A DNA stretch of 64,000 nt from positions 338,950 to 402,949 of the forward strand of contig CAWCMT010000005.1 of assembly GCA_963796725.1 (NCBI GenBank), given 5' to 3'. The notes beneath the pieces are model-generated. The model was not told the DNA's origin. It searched no databases and saw only the letters and a program-made list of their open reading frames with translations. A program made the translations under genes and the position numbers. This stretch comes from an uncultured Actinomycetes bacterium. GTDB lineage: Bacteria > Actinomycetota > UBA4738 > HRBIN12. Positions 63,832 to 64,000 of this stretch are shown here, in pieces. The stretch's first letter is position 1, and each line of letters begins with the position of its first letter.

Positions 63832-64000
63832 GGATCCTCACCTCCGGAGTGCAGCGCGTGCTGTCGCAGCTGTCGGCGCCGGGCGGCGATCTGGCGCTCC
63901 AGCTCGCGATCGAAGTCGGTGCCGGTCGGCGAGCGCGACGCGGCCTCGCTCGGTACGCGTCGGATGGCGACCTGGGGTTCGGCGGATCTGGCCACCCCCG
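63828..64000 (-). CDS. 3' end of an unidentified gene (its start lies beyond the right edge)
   Basis: Own translation gives ..TDFDRELERQIAARRRQLRQHALHSGGEDP. The stop overlaps the next start (GTGA). Confidence 0.4.
   Translation of the reverse strand, partial: GVARSAEPQVAIRRVPSEAASRSPTGTDFDRELERQIAARRRQLRQHALHSGGEDP

Noticed and set aside
1-64000. CRISPR arrays, transposases, integrases, prophage or toxin-antitoxin/defence modules
   Set aside because: I saw no regularly spaced direct repeats and no ORF with transposase, recombinase, phage-structural or typical defence-protein motifs. The window looks like core or accessory metabolic chromosome.

Overview
High-G+C, actinobacterium-like chromosomal segment carrying about 75 protein-coding genes in respiratory, transport and catabolic operons. 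I recognised no rRNA, tRNA, CRISPR array, transposase, integrase or phage genes. All calls come from reading the six-frame track and retranslating the DNA by hand; no searches were run.

Content from left to right:
- Arylsulfatase (5' part only), a DUF1269-like membrane protein and a pentapeptide-repeat protein.
- A tetR / ABC ATPase / FtsX permease exporter operon.
- A CaCA exchanger, a TfoX-like protein and a membrane-anchored SGNH hydrolase.
- Two convergent GcvT/DmdA-like aminomethyltransferases, an atypical methyltransferase-like protein and an amidase.
- A secreted HNH nuclease lipoprotein, and a small operon of a Cys-rich membrane protein, a micro-ORF and a dienelactone hydrolase.
- A complete aa3-type oxidase locus (ctaC-ctaD-ctaE-ctaF, a lipoprotein, ctaG, sco). 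Subunit II carries a C-terminal blue-copper domain.
- A cNMP-binding protein, an ECF sigma factor with its partner, and an LLM/F420-type oxidoreductase.
- A ferric-reductase-like / ApbE operon.
- A LacI-controlled dehydrogenase plus Liv-type ABC importer with three copies of one operator.
- A heavy-metal-type two-component system and a SARP regulator with tiny downstream ORFs.
- A roughly 12-kb catabolic island: Pot-type ABC importer, glutamine-synthetase-like enzyme, SDR, D-threonine-aldolase-like enzyme, a 547-aa unknown, GntR, VOC, E1 alpha/beta, split transketolase, CDGSH and ACT proteins. A recurring GATAACCTGC promoter-region motif links its operons.
- An envelope/secreted-protein cluster.

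The most striking global feature is that about two dozen single-nucleotide frame breaks interrupt otherwise well-conserved genes. Several sit in short homopolymers, and they are unevenly distributed. This is either indel-rich sequence or selective gene decay, so coordinates of broken genes are given as full spans.

Many operons are defined by 4-nt start/stop overlaps (ATGA, GTGA, TTGA). No single clearly novel system stands out. The best candidates are the cupredoxin-fused oxidase, the motif-linked catabolic island with its unknown 547-aa protein, and the ApbE operon that has no visible flavinylation acceptor.
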